From the NCBI GenBank assembly GCA_039810425.1, contig JBDHWW010000004.1, forward strand, positions 56,410 through 120,409: a stretch of 64,000 nucleotides of DNA. Direction: 5' to 3'. The DNA is from Pseudobdellovibrionaceae bacterium. GTDB taxonomy: Bacteria; Bdellovibrionota; Bdellovibrionia; Bdellovibrionales; Bdellovibrionaceae. Below the pieces are notes generated by a model, which saw only the letters and a program-made list of their open reading frames with translations, had not been told where the DNA came from and made no database searches. Positions 63,701 to 64,000 of the stretch are shown here, piece after piece (position 1 is the stretch's first letter; each line of letters starts with the position of its first letter). The position numbers and the translations under genes were made by a program.

Positions 63701-63892
63701 TCAGAAATGATAGCAGGAAGTAAATACAAATAAAGTATCGTTTTTTACTTTGAGCCCCGAGACAGAACATATTGAATCGGCCCCGTACCAGAAAGGAGCA
63801 GTTTCTAATTAGGCTAGGCCTTAGCGTAAAATTCTCCGTTTTTTAACATCTTTCATATCAAGTAACAGCCTGGTGCTGCCGAGCTACTACGT

Positions 63893-64000
63893 ATGAAAGC
63901 ACTCGGCACGTTAGCGGATGGTCACAAAGTCCGCCGTGCTGAGCACAAGGGGTTTATGAAAGATGGTAATGAAACACTCAAAGGCGCCAAGTATTTATTT
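63893..64000 (+). mobile_element. ISL3-family transposase-like fragment (runs off the window edge)
   Basis: Hand translation ...KVRRAEHKGFMKDGNETLKGAKYLF resembles the ISL3 segment KVRRxEHxxL...GDETLKGxKYL. Confidence 0.55.

Noticed and set aside
59140..64000. Prophage or defence island
   Set aside because: No integrase, structural, nuclease or toxin genes visible within the window

Overview
A bacterial chromosomal window, most likely from a Bdellovibrio-like organism (Bdellovibrionota). That assignment is my inference from protein style and gene order, not a database result. About half the window (12.4-43.4 kb) is the core transcription/translation supercluster: tRNA-Thr/Tyr/Gly/Thr, tuf, tRNA-Trp, secE-nusG-rplKAJL-rpoBC, str, S10, spc and alpha operons. 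The left flank holds ntrY/ntrX-like two-component genes, an archaeal/eukaryotic-type proS, a Tat-exported PhoD-like phosphatase, a lipoprotein metzincin protease, arfB, an enoyl-CoA hydratase, pyrF and an rlmB-like methyltransferase. The right flank holds a TlpA-like redoxin, a TIGR03545/TIGR03546-like gene pair, envelope-glycan genes (gmhB, UPF0104-like membrane protein, manC), a Cys/Met PLP lyase, a beta-barrel/OmpA protein, a hemerythrin-like protein, two divergent hybrid kinases with a REC-PilZ-like regulator, a Rad52/Sak-like protein next to a RecD2-like helicase, an alpha/beta hydrolase and an ISL3-like fragment at the right edge. I saw no CRISPR array, rRNA or prophage. The most noteworthy items are: (1) a phage-style single-strand-annealing protein plus RecD2 module with no phage context; (2) a str-operon EF-G with degenerate domain IV translocation loops; (3) clean absence of rplX (L24) from the spc operon; (4) a candidate lipid-A/envelope mannosylation cluster and an AsmA-like TIGR03545/6 pair; (5) an NtrX-like protein with a degenerate GAFTGA motif and Walker B. 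All family assignments come from motif recognition by eye.
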